From: Pseudomonadota bacterium
Lineage (GTDB): Bacteria > Pseudomonadota > Alphaproteobacteria > Sphingomonadales > CAKZYD01
Reading direction: 5' to 3'
Assembly: GCA_049324415.1 (NCBI GenBank)
Contig: JBMOOS010000042.1
Coordinates: 93,920-157,919, forward strand
DNA length: 64,000 nucleotides
The translations under genes and the position numbers were made by a program. Shown here in pieces: positions 9,002-19,178 of this stretch (the first letter of the stretch is position 1; every line of letters starts with the position of its first letter). The notes under the pieces are model-generated. The model did not search any database. It saw only the letters and a program-made list of their open reading frames with translations, and had not been told where the DNA came from.

Positions 9002-10645
9002 ATGCCCTCCTTCCGCCCCATTGGCCTTTTCATGGGCGCGTTCCTCATGGCTGGCGCGCTTGCCGGTTGTGACCGCGCGCCCCGGCAGGCGGCGGAGGAA
9101 GGCCCGTCCGAGGCGGCCGCGCCGGCGCGCAAAATCATCACCATCGCCAATGGCGCGGAGCCGTCCTCGCTCGACCCCCAGCGCACCAACCTTGTCGCCG
9201 ATCGGCGAGTGGTGGGCTCGCTGTTCGCCGGGCTGGTCGAAGTGGATGGCGCTGGCAACCTCATCCCCGGCATCGCGCAAAGCTGGGATGTCTCCGAGGA
9301 CGGCAAGGTCTATGTTTTCACCCTGCGCCAGGCCCGCTGGTCGGACGGCGCGCCCATCACCGCGCAGGATTTCGTGTTCAGCTTTCGCCGCTTGCTGGCG
9401 CCGGCGACCCAAAGCCCCTTTGCCGCTTATTATTTCGTCCTGCGCAACGGCAAGGCGGTCCATGACGGAACGATGCTGCCCGACAGCCTGGGCGTGGAGG
9501 CGTTGTCGGCGCATATCCTGCGCCTCACCCTGGAGCAGCCCATGCCTGCGCTCATGGGCCTCTTAAGCCACCAATCGGCGCTTCCCGTGCCGCGCCATGT
9601 GGTCGGCCGCTTCGGCGCCGCCTGGACCGAGCTCCGCCACCTGGTGGTGAGCGGCCCCTTCCGCCTGGTGGAATGGCAAGCCGGCGTCCGGCTTGAACTG
9701 GCGCGCAATCCCCTCTTTTACGACGCCGACAGCCTTGCCCTCGATGGCGTGGTGTTTTTGCCCGGGGAAGACATGGCCCTCACCTTACGCGCCTTCGATG
9801 AAGGCGAGGTCGATATCGTCGAAGGACTGCCGGCGGACAGCGTCGCGCGCTATCGCCGCGCCAGGGGGGAAGCGGTTCGCATCGAACCCTATTGGGCGCT
9901 TTATTGGTATGTCTTCAACACCGCGCGCCCGCCTTTCGATGATGTGCGGGTGCGCCGCGCCCTTGCCATGGCGGTCGACCGCCAGCACATCGTCGAGCAA
10001 GCGCTGGGCGCGGGCGGCGTGCCGGCGACCGGCATCGTCCCCCCGTCAATGCCGAGCTACGGCCCGCCGATGGCGCCCGCCTGGGCCGAGCTGAGCCTTG
10101 CCGCCCGCCGCGCCGAGGCCAAGCGCCTGCTCGAGGACGCCGGCTATGGCTCCGGCCATGCGCTTAGCGTCACCATATCCTATAACCCTTCGCCCGACCA
10201 CGACCGGGTCTTTGCTGCGGTCGCCGCCGATTGGCGCGCTCTTGGCGTCACCGTCAGCGCCCATGTCGCCTCGTTTCGCGAGCATGTCCAGGCGTTGGAA
10301 GCGGGCGACTTTGAAGTCGCCCGCCGCACCTGGGTCACAAGCTTCGACATGCCGGAATATTTTCTCGGGCTATTCGTCTCGAGCGCCGGTTCGCTCAACG
10401 TCGGGCGCTACGCCAACCCGGCGGTGGACGCGCTTTACGCGCAGGCCTTGGAGACCGCCGACCTGGCAACCCGCACCCGGCTGCTGAAAGCGGCGGAGGC
10501 GATCTTGCTCGACGATGCCGTCGCCGTCACCATTTACAACGATGTCAACCGCACTCTGGTGGGCCCCCGCGTTATCGGCTGGACAAACAATCCGACGGGC
10601 CGCCATCCCCTTCGCTTTCTCGATCTCGCGCCAGGGCAAGATTAG
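9002..10645 (+). CDS. ABC transporter substrate-binding protein, family 5 (peptide/nickel type), solitary
   Basis: 547 aa with lipoprotein-like N-terminus (LMAGALAGC). Overall pattern is that of OppA/DppA-type SBPs. No permease or ATPase genes are adjacent. Confidence 0.75.
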   Translation: MPSFRPIGLFMGAFLMAGALAGCDRAPRQAAEEGPSEAAAPARKIITIANGAEPSSLDPQRTNLVADRRVVGSLFAGLVEVDGAGNLIPGIAQSWDVSEDGKVYVFTLRQARWSDGAPITAQDFVFSFRRLLAPATQSPFAAYYFVLRNGKAVHDGTMLPDSLGVEALSAHILRLTLEQPMPALMGLLSHQSALPVPRHVVGRFGAAWTELRHLVVSGPFRLVEWQAGVRLELARNPLFYDADSLALDGVVFLPGEDMALTLRAFDEGEVDIVEGLPADSVARYRRARGEAVRIEPYWALYWYVFNTARPPFDDVRVRRALAMAVDRQHIVEQALGAGGVPATGIVPPSMPSYGPPMAPAWAELSLAARRAEAKRLLEDAGYGSGHALSVTISYNPSPDHDRVFAAVAADWRALGVTVSAHVASFREHVQALEAGDFEVARRTWVTSFDMPEYFLGLFVSSAGSLNVGRYANPAVDALYAQALETADLATRTRLLKAAEAILLDDAVAVTIYNDVNRTLVGPRVIGWTNNPTGRHPLRFLDLAPGQD

Positions 10646-12327
10646 GCGCTGGCATTGGTGTCCTTGATGCCGGCGATGGTAAAAAGCGCCATCAGCTTTT
10701 GCAGCTTGGCGGTCATCTCCGCCTGGTCCTTGGCGCCGGCGAGGTAATTGTCGAGGAGTTTGCTGCCGCGCATCAGGTCGCGGGTTTGCGCCCGCGCCAT
10801 GTCGAGTGTGAGGCCGACGCAAAAATAGCCATCGGCGATGAGCTGCAAGAGGCGCAAGGCCTTTTCCCAACGTTCGCTCGTCCCCGCCGCCAGGCGACCG
10901 AGAAGGCCGCTCTCCTTCATCACCCGCGCGGCGATGGCATCGAGCTCGCTGGTCATGCGTCCGCGCTGAACCTCATCGAAGTCGGATGCCGCCAACACCC
11001 CTTGCAGGGAGGCAAGGCGGCGCAGGCGCCGCATCACTTTGCCCTCGGTCGCCGCGATCTGCGCCTGGGTCGGCGGCGAGGTAAGAAGCAGCAGGATGAA
11101 GTTGGCCAATTGCCGCCGGCTGGCGTGACCAAGAGCGAAGCCCGCCAAATGAGCAAGGCGTTCCAAGCGAACGAGCGGATCGTCGTCATCATCGAGATGC
11201 TGCGAGACCGCCTGGACCGACAGGGTGCGCTCCGAACGGCGGCTGAAGGCCTCTTCCATCTGCCAGGAAAAATCGGTATCGGCCTTGATGTCGTCGGCGA
11301 AATCGTTCCACGCGCCGCGCATGTGTTCAAGCTCGCACAACAGACTGCCATCGCCCAGCTTGCCTGGCGACTTCACGATATGCACCGCTGCCCGCTCGAG
11401 GGTGAGGCGGCATTCGACGAGGGTATTCTCGGCAATGAGCCGGGCGACCGTCGCGTGGCCCGCCCGCGAGACGCCGCGGCGCAGCCCCTGCAAGGCCTGA
11501 ATCATGTCCAACCCTTCGCCCGCCTCGCCCACCATCTGGCGCATATGCGTGGGGTTGGCGATGATTTCGGCGAGCAGTGGGTCGAGCGCGCGCAATGCCC
11601 ATTTCGGCGGCGCGGCTTCGATCAAGCGCAGGACGATGGGCAATTTCGCTTCCAGGGTCTCGACTTGGCTGAGATAGCCGGCAAGCCCCATCATGAGGAG
11701 AAGACCGCGCTCCTCATGCTTGGCAAGGCCGCGCACGACGGCATCGAAAGTCTCCGGCGTGACCGGCGGCACGGCTCCGTCTTTGACGGCTTGCGTCAAG
11801 CGCCGCGCGGCCTGTCCGATGATGTCATAGATCTGGCGCATGCGCTCTTGCACCGAGATGTCCATTTCCTGGACCTGGATGATCGCCACCTTTTGCACCG
11901 CGTGTTGCAGGCTGGTGCCCTCGCTGTCGAGGCGCGTGTGATAGTCGGGGTGGTGCAGAAGCTCGGTCGGGGTGATCTGCCATTGGCCAAGGTTGCGCGC
12001 CAAAAGGCGGGCGAGGGTGCGGCGCCCCTCATAGGAATAAAGATCGCTCAGCTTCCAGCAATTGGCGGGGCGCTCGTTTTCATCCTCCATCTTGCCGCCG
12101 CCCTCGCCGCCGGCGACCTTGACCCCGTCATAATAGACCTGGATGGTTTGCACCTCGCCGTCCTGGCCGAGTTTGCGTTCGCGCAAGACCCGCACGGCGC
12201 GGTTGCGCCCCCCTTGACGCGCCGCCTTGGCGTTGGCGATAGCCGCCTTTTCCGACTGCGCGACCTCGATGAGGGTCCATTTGCGCCCGTCATAACCCAG
12301 CACTTCGTAGTGGACGTCGTGCGCCAT
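10642..12327 (-). CDS. hypothetical protein, 561 aa, partner of HerA-like ATPase
   Basis: High GC3 and balanced composition, unlike the R/G/A-rich antisense ORF 10699..12522. Its ATG lies 1 nt after the stop of the upstream ATPase gene. No motif recognised. Confidence 0.75.
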   Translation of the reverse strand: MAHDVHYEVLGYDGRKWTLIEVAQSEKAAIANAKAARQGGRNRAVRVLRERKLGQDGEVQTIQVYYDGVKVAGGEGGGKMEDENERPANCWKLSDLYSYEGRRTLARLLARNLGQWQITPTELLHHPDYHTRLDSEGTSLQHAVQKVAIIQVQEMDISVQERMRQIYDIIGQAARRLTQAVKDGAVPPVTPETFDAVVRGLAKHEERGLLLMMGLAGYLSQVETLEAKLPIVLRLIEAAPPKWALRALDPLLAEIIANPTHMRQMVGEAGEGLDMIQALQGLRRGVSRAGHATVARLIAENTLVECRLTLERAAVHIVKSPGKLGDGSLLCELEHMRGAWNDFADDIKADTDFSWQMEEAFSRRSERTLSVQAVSQHLDDDDDPLVRLERLAHLAGFALGHASRRQLANFILLLLTSPPTQAQIAATEGKVMRRLRRLASLQGVLAASDFDEVQRGRMTSELDAIAARVMKESGLLGRLAAGTSERWEKALRLLQLIADGYFCVGLTLDMARAQTRDLMRGSKLLDNYLAGAKDQAEMTAKLQKLMALFTIAGIKDTNASA

Positions 12328-12328
12328 T

Positions 12329-14023
12329 TTAGCGGGGCTCCGGGGCAGGTCCCGCCTTGCCGGCGCTGCGCCAGCGCTCGATCACCTTGGCGACGAAGCC
12401 GGCGGTGCCGCCAGGGGCGCGCCAGGCTTCGGAGAATTTGGGGTTGGAGCTGTTGGGGCGGAACTCCGGGGGTAAGTCGAAGACGGCGACGCGCGATGGC
12501 GCGGCGATGCCTTCGCCGATGACGAGGCATTCCTGGTTGCGCAAGGAGGGCAGAGCGGAAAGGAGGGCGCCGGAGCCTTCCGGCATCGCTTTCGCCACAT
12601 AACGCTGGTCGCGCTCGTTGTTCATGCGCATCGCCAGCATGGTGCCGCATTGCGAGAGCACCGATTCGGAAATATCGGCCGGGCGCTGCGAGACTAGGCC
12701 GAGGCTGACGCCATATTTACGCCCTTCCTTGGCGATCCGGTCGAGCATCCGCTTGGCGGCGTCGGCGCCTTGCGGGGCGTGCTCCGGCACATAGCGATGC
12801 GCTTCCTCGCAAATGAGCAGAACCGGGCGCATGTCCTTTTCCTCACGGCTCCACAAAGCAAAGTCAAAGACCACACGCGCAAGCATGGCGACGATGACGT
12901 TGACCACCTCGGAGGGAACCCCGGACAAATCGAGGATCGACACCGGCTTGCCGTCGGCGGGAAAGCGGAACATCTGGGCGAGGAACCCGGCAAGGTCATC
13001 GTTGACGACGAAGCCGGGGAACATGAAATTGTAGCGGGTGTCGGCCTTCAGCTCCTCGATCTTGGCCTTGAGCTTGAGATAAGGCGCGGCAGTGTCGGGC
13101 TTGTCGAGCTTGCCCACCGCCTTGTGGATTTCCCCGATGAGGTCGGAGAGAAGATAAGGCACCGGAGTGTCGGCGGTGATCCTGCTGTGCTGGCTCGAGG
13201 GCTTGCCCTTGCGCCGCGCGGCCAAAAGGCAGCGTTTCAGGATATCCACTTCGATCTCGCGATCCGGGGTGCGCGGGCCGATGAACATTTCCATGTGCTC
13301 TTCTAGGTTCATCAGCCAGAAGGGGATTTGCAGCGCGTTGATGTCAAAGCGCACGCCGATATCGGCAAAGCCGGCGGCGTATTCATTGTGCGGGTCCATG
13401 ATGAGGACATGGCCGTGGGGCGCCTGCTCCACAAGCTGGCGCACGAGAAGCGCGACCACGCTCGACTTGCCCGAGCCGGTCGAGCCGAGGACGGCGAAAT
13501 GCTTGCCCAAAAGGGGGTCGATCAACAACGCCGCCGGCACCGAATCCGTGGGATAGACATGGCCAACGTCGATATGGGCAAGGCCGCGCGGGGCAAAGAT
13601 CGCGCGCAAGTCCTCCGGCGTCGTCGTGTAAAAACACTGGCCGGGCACGGGATATTTGGTGATGCCGCGGCGAAAGGCCATGATCGTTGCGCCTTCGCGC
13701 AGCGCTTCGCCGACAAAGTCGATCTCGGCCATCAGGGCGGCGTGCATGCCAAGCCCCGCCTCCTTCAACGAGCGGACGACGCCGAACACATAGCGATTGC
13801 CGACGGCGACCTTGAGAAAGGAGCCCATCTGCCCGGTCATGGCGGAGCCTTTTTCACCTTCGGCGATGGCGGCGTTGCGGGCATCCTCGTTAAAGGTGCA
13901 GACGCAGGCCGCGCCCGAGGTTTCAAGGATTTCGCCAATCAGCCGGCCGCTATGGCTTGCGCTGGATGGGGAAGGGCGCGTCGGCGCGTCGGCGTCGATC
14001 GACAAGTCGATGGGCCTTTCCAC
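12329..14023 (-). CDS. HerA/FtsK-superfamily ATPase (DUF87-type)
   Basis: Walker A LGSTGSGKSS, Walker B region HVLIMDPHNEY, LLICEEAHRYVP and GLVSQRPADIS motifs. An N-terminal ~170 aa region precedes the P-loop, as in the HerA HAS-barrel region. Confidence 0.8.
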   Translation of the reverse strand: MERPIDLSIDADAPTRPSPSSASHSGRLIGEILETSGAACVCTFNEDARNAAIAEGEKGSAMTGQMGSFLKVAVGNRYVFGVVRSLKEAGLGMHAALMAEIDFVGEALREGATIMAFRRGITKYPVPGQCFYTTTPEDLRAIFAPRGLAHIDVGHVYPTDSVPAALLIDPLLGKHFAVLGSTGSGKSSVVALLVRQLVEQAPHGHVLIMDPHNEYAAGFADIGVRFDINALQIPFWLMNLEEHMEMFIGPRTPDREIEVDILKRCLLAARRKGKPSSQHSRITADTPVPYLLSDLIGEIHKAVGKLDKPDTAAPYLKLKAKIEELKADTRYNFMFPGFVVNDDLAGFLAQMFRFPADGKPVSILDLSGVPSEVVNVIVAMLARVVFDFALWSREEKDMRPVLLICEEAHRYVPEHAPQGADAAKRMLDRIAKEGRKYGVSLGLVSQRPADISESVLSQCGTMLAMRMNNERDQRYVAKAMPEGSGALLSALPSLRNQECLVIGEGIAAPSRVAVFDLPPEFRPNSSNPKFSEAWRAPGGTAGFVAKVIERWRSAGKAGPAPEPR

Positions 14024-14171
14024 GGCGCGATCCTTTCGGTTTTACTTTTTGCAAACCATGAAAGCTTGCCATGGCGCGGCTTAACATTCGGTGAAATCGC
14101 CGCTTTGCCACATTGCCGCCATGCTTGGCCGCAAGGTGCCCGCGGCAGATCCGCAATCGTGAGGAAAAACC

Positions 14172-15161
14172 ATGTTCCGCCATGTCCTTATCCTGGCGCT
14201 CGCGCTGTCTTTGCCGCCGCTTGCCTGGGCGCAAGCGCCAAGCGAGCCCTTGGCCCGGATGATCGACAAGGCCGCTGTCCGGGAGAAGGGCAAATATCTC
14301 GTTCCCACCCTGATGATGGCGATCGAAACGGCGCCGGAACAAGCGGCCATGCTGGCGGAGCGCGCCATCATGGCGGCGCCGGCCAAGGAGAAAGCCATTC
14401 TAAAAGCGCTGGCGGCGGGCAAGGTGGAGGTCCGCTTTGGCGATGGGGCAACGCCGAAGGATCGGCTCGCCACCGTGGCGGCGCGGGAGGCGGCGCGCCC
14501 GAAGCCTGGCTTTTTCGCGGCCGAAAGCTGGGACGGCGAGGTTACGCTCGGCGGCTCTCTCCTCACCGGCAATACCAAGGAAAAAGCGGTGACCGCCGGC
14601 GTAAAGCTTGACCGCGCGGTGGGCAGGCGGGAGCATCGCTTCGCCGCCACCGGCGATTATTCCACCAACGAAGGGGTGACCACCAAGGAGCGTCTGCTTG
14701 CCTCATACAGCACCAAATGGTTCGTCGGGACGCGCGGCTATGTCTTCGGACTCATCGATTTCGAGCTCGATACCTTTTCCGAATTCGACTGGCGGCTGTC
14801 GGAGGCCGGCGGGCTTGGCTATCGGTTGATCGAGCGCGACGGACTGGGTTGGGACCTTGAAGGCGGCCCCGGCGCCCGGCAAACGCGGCTCGAGGACAAC
14901 GGCACCGGCACCGAGTTCATTTTCGTCGGCCGCTCAGACCTTCTCTGGACGGTGAATGAAAACCTTAAATTCACCAACAAGACGACGGCCTTTTTTGGCT
15001 CGACGCGCATCACCCTCACCAACGATGCGGGATTTACCGCCAGCCTTACCGAACGCCTTGCCGGGCGGCTCAGTTTTTATATCAAGCACGACAGCGCGGT
15101 GCCGCCTGGCCAAGTCAAGACCGATACGGCGACGCGGGCGAGCCTGGTCTACGGCTTTTGA
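14172..15161 (+). CDS. DUF481-family outer-membrane beta-barrel protein
   Basis: Signal peptide MFRHVLILALALSLPPLAWA-QA, alternating beta-strand pattern, C-terminal ...ASLVYGF aromatic terminus. Confidence 0.65.
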   Translation: MFRHVLILALALSLPPLAWAQAPSEPLARMIDKAAVREKGKYLVPTLMMAIETAPEQAAMLAERAIMAAPAKEKAILKALAAGKVEVRFGDGATPKDRLATVAAREAARPKPGFFAAESWDGEVTLGGSLLTGNTKEKAVTAGVKLDRAVGRREHRFAATGDYSTNEGVTTKERLLASYSTKWFVGTRGYVFGLIDFELDTFSEFDWRLSEAGGLGYRLIERDGLGWDLEGGPGARQTRLEDNGTGTEFIFVGRSDLLWTVNENLKFTNKTTAFFGSTRITLTNDAGFTASLTERLAGRLSFYIKHDSAVPPGQVKTDTATRASLVYGF

Positions 15162-15201
15162 AAAAACCCGCGCGCCACATGGCCTTGCGGCGCGTCGCGG
15201 G
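15161..15201 (-). terminator. terminator-like hairpin reading on the minus strand
   Basis: Plus strand reads AAAAAA CCCGCGCGCC acatggccttgc GGCGCG(tc)GCGGG. On the minus strand this is a GC stem followed by TTTTTT. No annotated minus-strand gene ends here. Confidence 0.35.
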
Positions 15202-15293
15202 CTATACTCGTTGACTTGACGTGGGCCTTGTCCATGGTCCGCGCCGCAGAGGGGCATGCTCTCGCGTCAGCGACCGGGTGGGAAGGGTAAGCC

Positions 15294-16643
15294 ATGGGTC
15301 TTCGCGGCGGCAATGACAAAAAGCCCGGCGACCGGCTCAGCGTCATCGGTACGGCGCCCGGCGTACGGCTGAAAACGCTTGTCAATTTGCGTTGGGTGGC
15401 GGTCACTGGCCAGACCCTGGCGCTCCTCTTCGTGCGTTTCTATTTAGGCTACCCCTTCGCCGAGCTTCCCGCCGCCGCCGCCGCCGTGGCGGCGCTTGCC
15501 GCGACCAATCTCTATCTTCAGCTCAGCCACCCCGCCGAGCGTCAGTTGACCGGGCGCGAGGCCAGCTTGCAGCTGGCCTTCGACCTATTGCAGCTTACAC
15601 TGCTCTTGTTCCTCACCGGCGGCCTCACCAACCCCTTCGCCCTTCTCATTTTAGTGCCGGTGACCATTTCCGCGACCATCTTGAGCGGGCGTTCCACCGT
15701 CTCGCTCCTCGTCCTTGCCGGGCTTTGCCTTGCTTTTCTCGCGCGGTTTCATCTGCCGCTGCCTTGGGGAGCGGAGCCCTTGCAGCTTGCCCCCACCTAT
15801 CTTGTCGGCGTTGGCGTCGCGCTGGTCATCGCCATGGGTTTCGTCGCCGCCTATGCCTGGCGGGTGTCGGCGGAAGGGCGGCGGCGCAGCCAGGCCTTGG
15901 TGGCGACCCAGGAAGCCCTGGCGCGCGAGCAGAAGCTGTCCGCCCTGGGCAGCCTTGCCGCCGCCGCCGCCCACGAGCTGGGCACGCCCTTGGGCACCAT
16001 CACCCTCATCAGCAAGGAATTGCTGCGCGAGCACGGCAACGACCCGGTGCTGGCCGAGGATTTGCGCTTGCTGGAAAGCCAATCGCAGCGCTGCCGGGAA
16101 ATCCTTGCCAATCTTTCACGCCGGGCGGAAAGCGAGGACGCCCATTTCAAGCGGGCGCCCATCGAGGCGGTTTTACGGGAAGTGGCAAAGCCCCATGAGG
16201 ACAGCGGGCTGCTGATTGTCGTCACCGCTCGGCCTGCGGCCACCACGGACGGCGCGCAGCCGGTGATCGCGCGGCGGCCGGAAATCCTTCATAGCCTGGG
16301 TAATTTCATCGAAAACGCCTCGCGCTTTGCCCATAGCCGTGTCGACCTCGATTTGGAATGGGACGCAAGCCGCGTGCGCCTCGTCATTTCCGACGATGGG
16401 CCCGGCTTTGACGCCGATATCCTCAACGCCTTGGGCGAGCCTTATTTGCCCAGCCGCGCCGGCGTCCGCGGCGCCGGCGGCGGCATGGGGCTTGGCGTTT
16501 TCATCGCCGCGACTTTGCTTGAGCGCACGGGGGCGACTATACTCTATCATAACGGACCGGAAGGCGGGGCGGTGGTGGACATCGCCTGGCCGCGCTCCGC
16601 CATAGAAGAAAAGGGTGAGGCATGGGAGACAGCGACACGCTAG
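15294..16643 (+). CDS. regB: redox-responsive sensor histidine kinase, RegB/PrrB/ActS family
   Basis: Multi-TM N-terminus, H-box AAAAHELGTPLGTI, and ATPase G-box GMGLGVF. Paired with a RegA-like regulator. Confidence 0.85.
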   Translation: MGLRGGNDKKPGDRLSVIGTAPGVRLKTLVNLRWVAVTGQTLALLFVRFYLGYPFAELPAAAAAVAALAATNLYLQLSHPAERQLTGREASLQLAFDLLQLTLLLFLTGGLTNPFALLILVPVTISATILSGRSTVSLLVLAGLCLAFLARFHLPLPWGAEPLQLAPTYLVGVGVALVIAMGFVAAYAWRVSAEGRRRSQALVATQEALAREQKLSALGSLAAAAAHELGTPLGTITLISKELLREHGNDPVLAEDLRLLESQSQRCREILANLSRRAESEDAHFKRAPIEAVLREVAKPHEDSGLLIVVTARPAATTDGAQPVIARRPEILHSLGNFIENASRFAHSRVDLDLEWDASRVRLVISDDGPGFDADILNALGEPYLPSRAGVRGAGGGMGLGVFIAATLLERTGATILYHNGPEGGAVVDIAWPRSAIEEKGEAWETATR

Positions 16644-17173
16644 ATTTGGGTCCGGATCGACGCCTGCTCATCGTCGATGACGACAGGCCCTTTCGCGAGC
16701 GCCTGGCGCGGGCCATGGAAAGCCGGGGCTTTACGCCGCTGCCGGCGGAAGGGTTTGCCGAGGCGCTTGGCCTCGTGCGCGCCAGCCCGCCGGCCTATGC
16801 CGTTGTCGACATGCGCCTTGGCGATGGCAACGGGGTGGATCTGATGGCTGAATTGCGCCGCCTGCGGCCCGACATGCGGATCATCATGCTCACCGGCTAT
16901 GGCAATATCGCCACCGCGGTCGCTGCGGTGAAAACCGGCGCCACCGATTATCTCGCCAAGCCCGCCGATCCCGATGACGTGGTGAAGGCGCTGACCCAGC
17001 AGGGGGCGCGCGCGGCGCCTCCGGAAGAGCCGATGTCGGCCGACCGGGTGCGCTGGGAGCATATCCAGCGGGTCTATGAGTTGTGCGACCGCAATGTGTC
17101 GGAGACGGCGCGGCGGCTGAAGATGCATCGCCGCACCTTGCAGCGGATCCTCGCCAAGCGCTCGCCGCGCTAA
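16622..17173 (+). CDS. regA: response regulator RegA/PrrA/ActR
   Basis: Receiver domain (LLIVDDD...VVDMRLGDG...KP) plus a short Fis-type HTH (NVSETARRLKMHRRTLQRIL). Overlaps regB by 22 nt. Confidence 0.9.
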   Translation: MGDSDTLDLGPDRRLLIVDDDRPFRERLARAMESRGFTPLPAEGFAEALGLVRASPPAYAVVDMRLGDGNGVDLMAELRRLRPDMRIIMLTGYGNIATAVAAVKTGATDYLAKPADPDDVVKALTQQGARAAPPEEPMSADRVRWEHIQRVYELCDRNVSETARRLKMHRRTLQRILAKRSPR

Positions 17174-17226
17174 TATGAGGCCGGGCGCGGCGGTTGGCAT
17201 GACCAAGGCGATGGGGAGATCGGCGA

Positions 17227-17772
17227 ATGGTTGGCAAAGCCTCTTGGGTAGGGTTGGCATCGCTTTTCACCCTTGGCGGATGCGTGCAAAGCTGCCCTGT
17301 CCTCGATTATGGCGCGGCCTATGGCAGCCAGGACGAGGCCTATCGCCAGGTCCGCGTTATCGGCGATGCGCCGCTTTATGACGCGGTGCGCTGCCGCGCC
17401 CGTGCCGGGGACGCGCAAGCGCGCTATGTCATGGGCCAGTTCTATCAATATGGGGTCAATGTCATCGCTGATCAAAGGCTGGCGATTGATTGGTATGAAA
17501 GCGCGGCAACGCCAAGCTCGGGTCGGAGGTACTATTATGCCCCGCCGGTGGGCAAGGAAAAATACGGCCATGTGCGTTCGGTGCCGGCGGGCACCGCCAG
17601 CCCCGGCCACGCCGGGGCGCAAATGGCCTTGGCGCGGGCCTATTTCGATGGCAATGGGGTCGCGCGCGACCTCGACAAAGCCCGGCTCTGGGCGTCCCGT
17701 GCCCTTGTCCAGGGCTATCCCGGCGCTTTTCAACTGATGCAGGCGATCGAGGCGGCGCAAGCGGGGAAGTGA
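17227..17772 (+). CDS. Sel1-repeat lipoprotein
   Basis: Lipobox LFTLGGC. Sel1-like repeats GDAQARYVMGQFYQYGVNV..DQRLAIDWYESAA and GHAGAQMALARAYFDGNGVARDLDKARLWASRA. Confidence 0.7.
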   Translation: MVGKASWVGLASLFTLGGCVQSCPVLDYGAAYGSQDEAYRQVRVIGDAPLYDAVRCRARAGDAQARYVMGQFYQYGVNVIADQRLAIDWYESAATPSSGRRYYYAPPVGKEKYGHVRSVPAGTASPGHAGAQMALARAYFDGNGVARDLDKARLWASRALVQGYPGAFQLMQAIEAAQAGK

Positions 17773-17795
17773 GGCTTGTTGCCCCTCGCCGCCGC

Positions 17796-19031
<1,236 letters not shown>

Positions 19032-19178
19032 CGCCTCCCGCTGCTGGGGCTTATCCCGTTGAAAGCGGCGCACTATAGAAAGATGGGCCGCCGACGCAAG
19101 GCCTATTCGGCACATGATTCCGATTTAATTTCGTTATCAGAACTTAGTGCCGGCCCGTTTCCATGCCGGCGCAAGACC

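Noticed and set aside
9002-10645. Solitary peptide-type substrate-binding protein, considered as part of the HerA module.
   Set aside because: It is convergent with the HerA operon (4-nt overlap of 3' ends), so it is not co-transcribed. Orphan SBPs are common.
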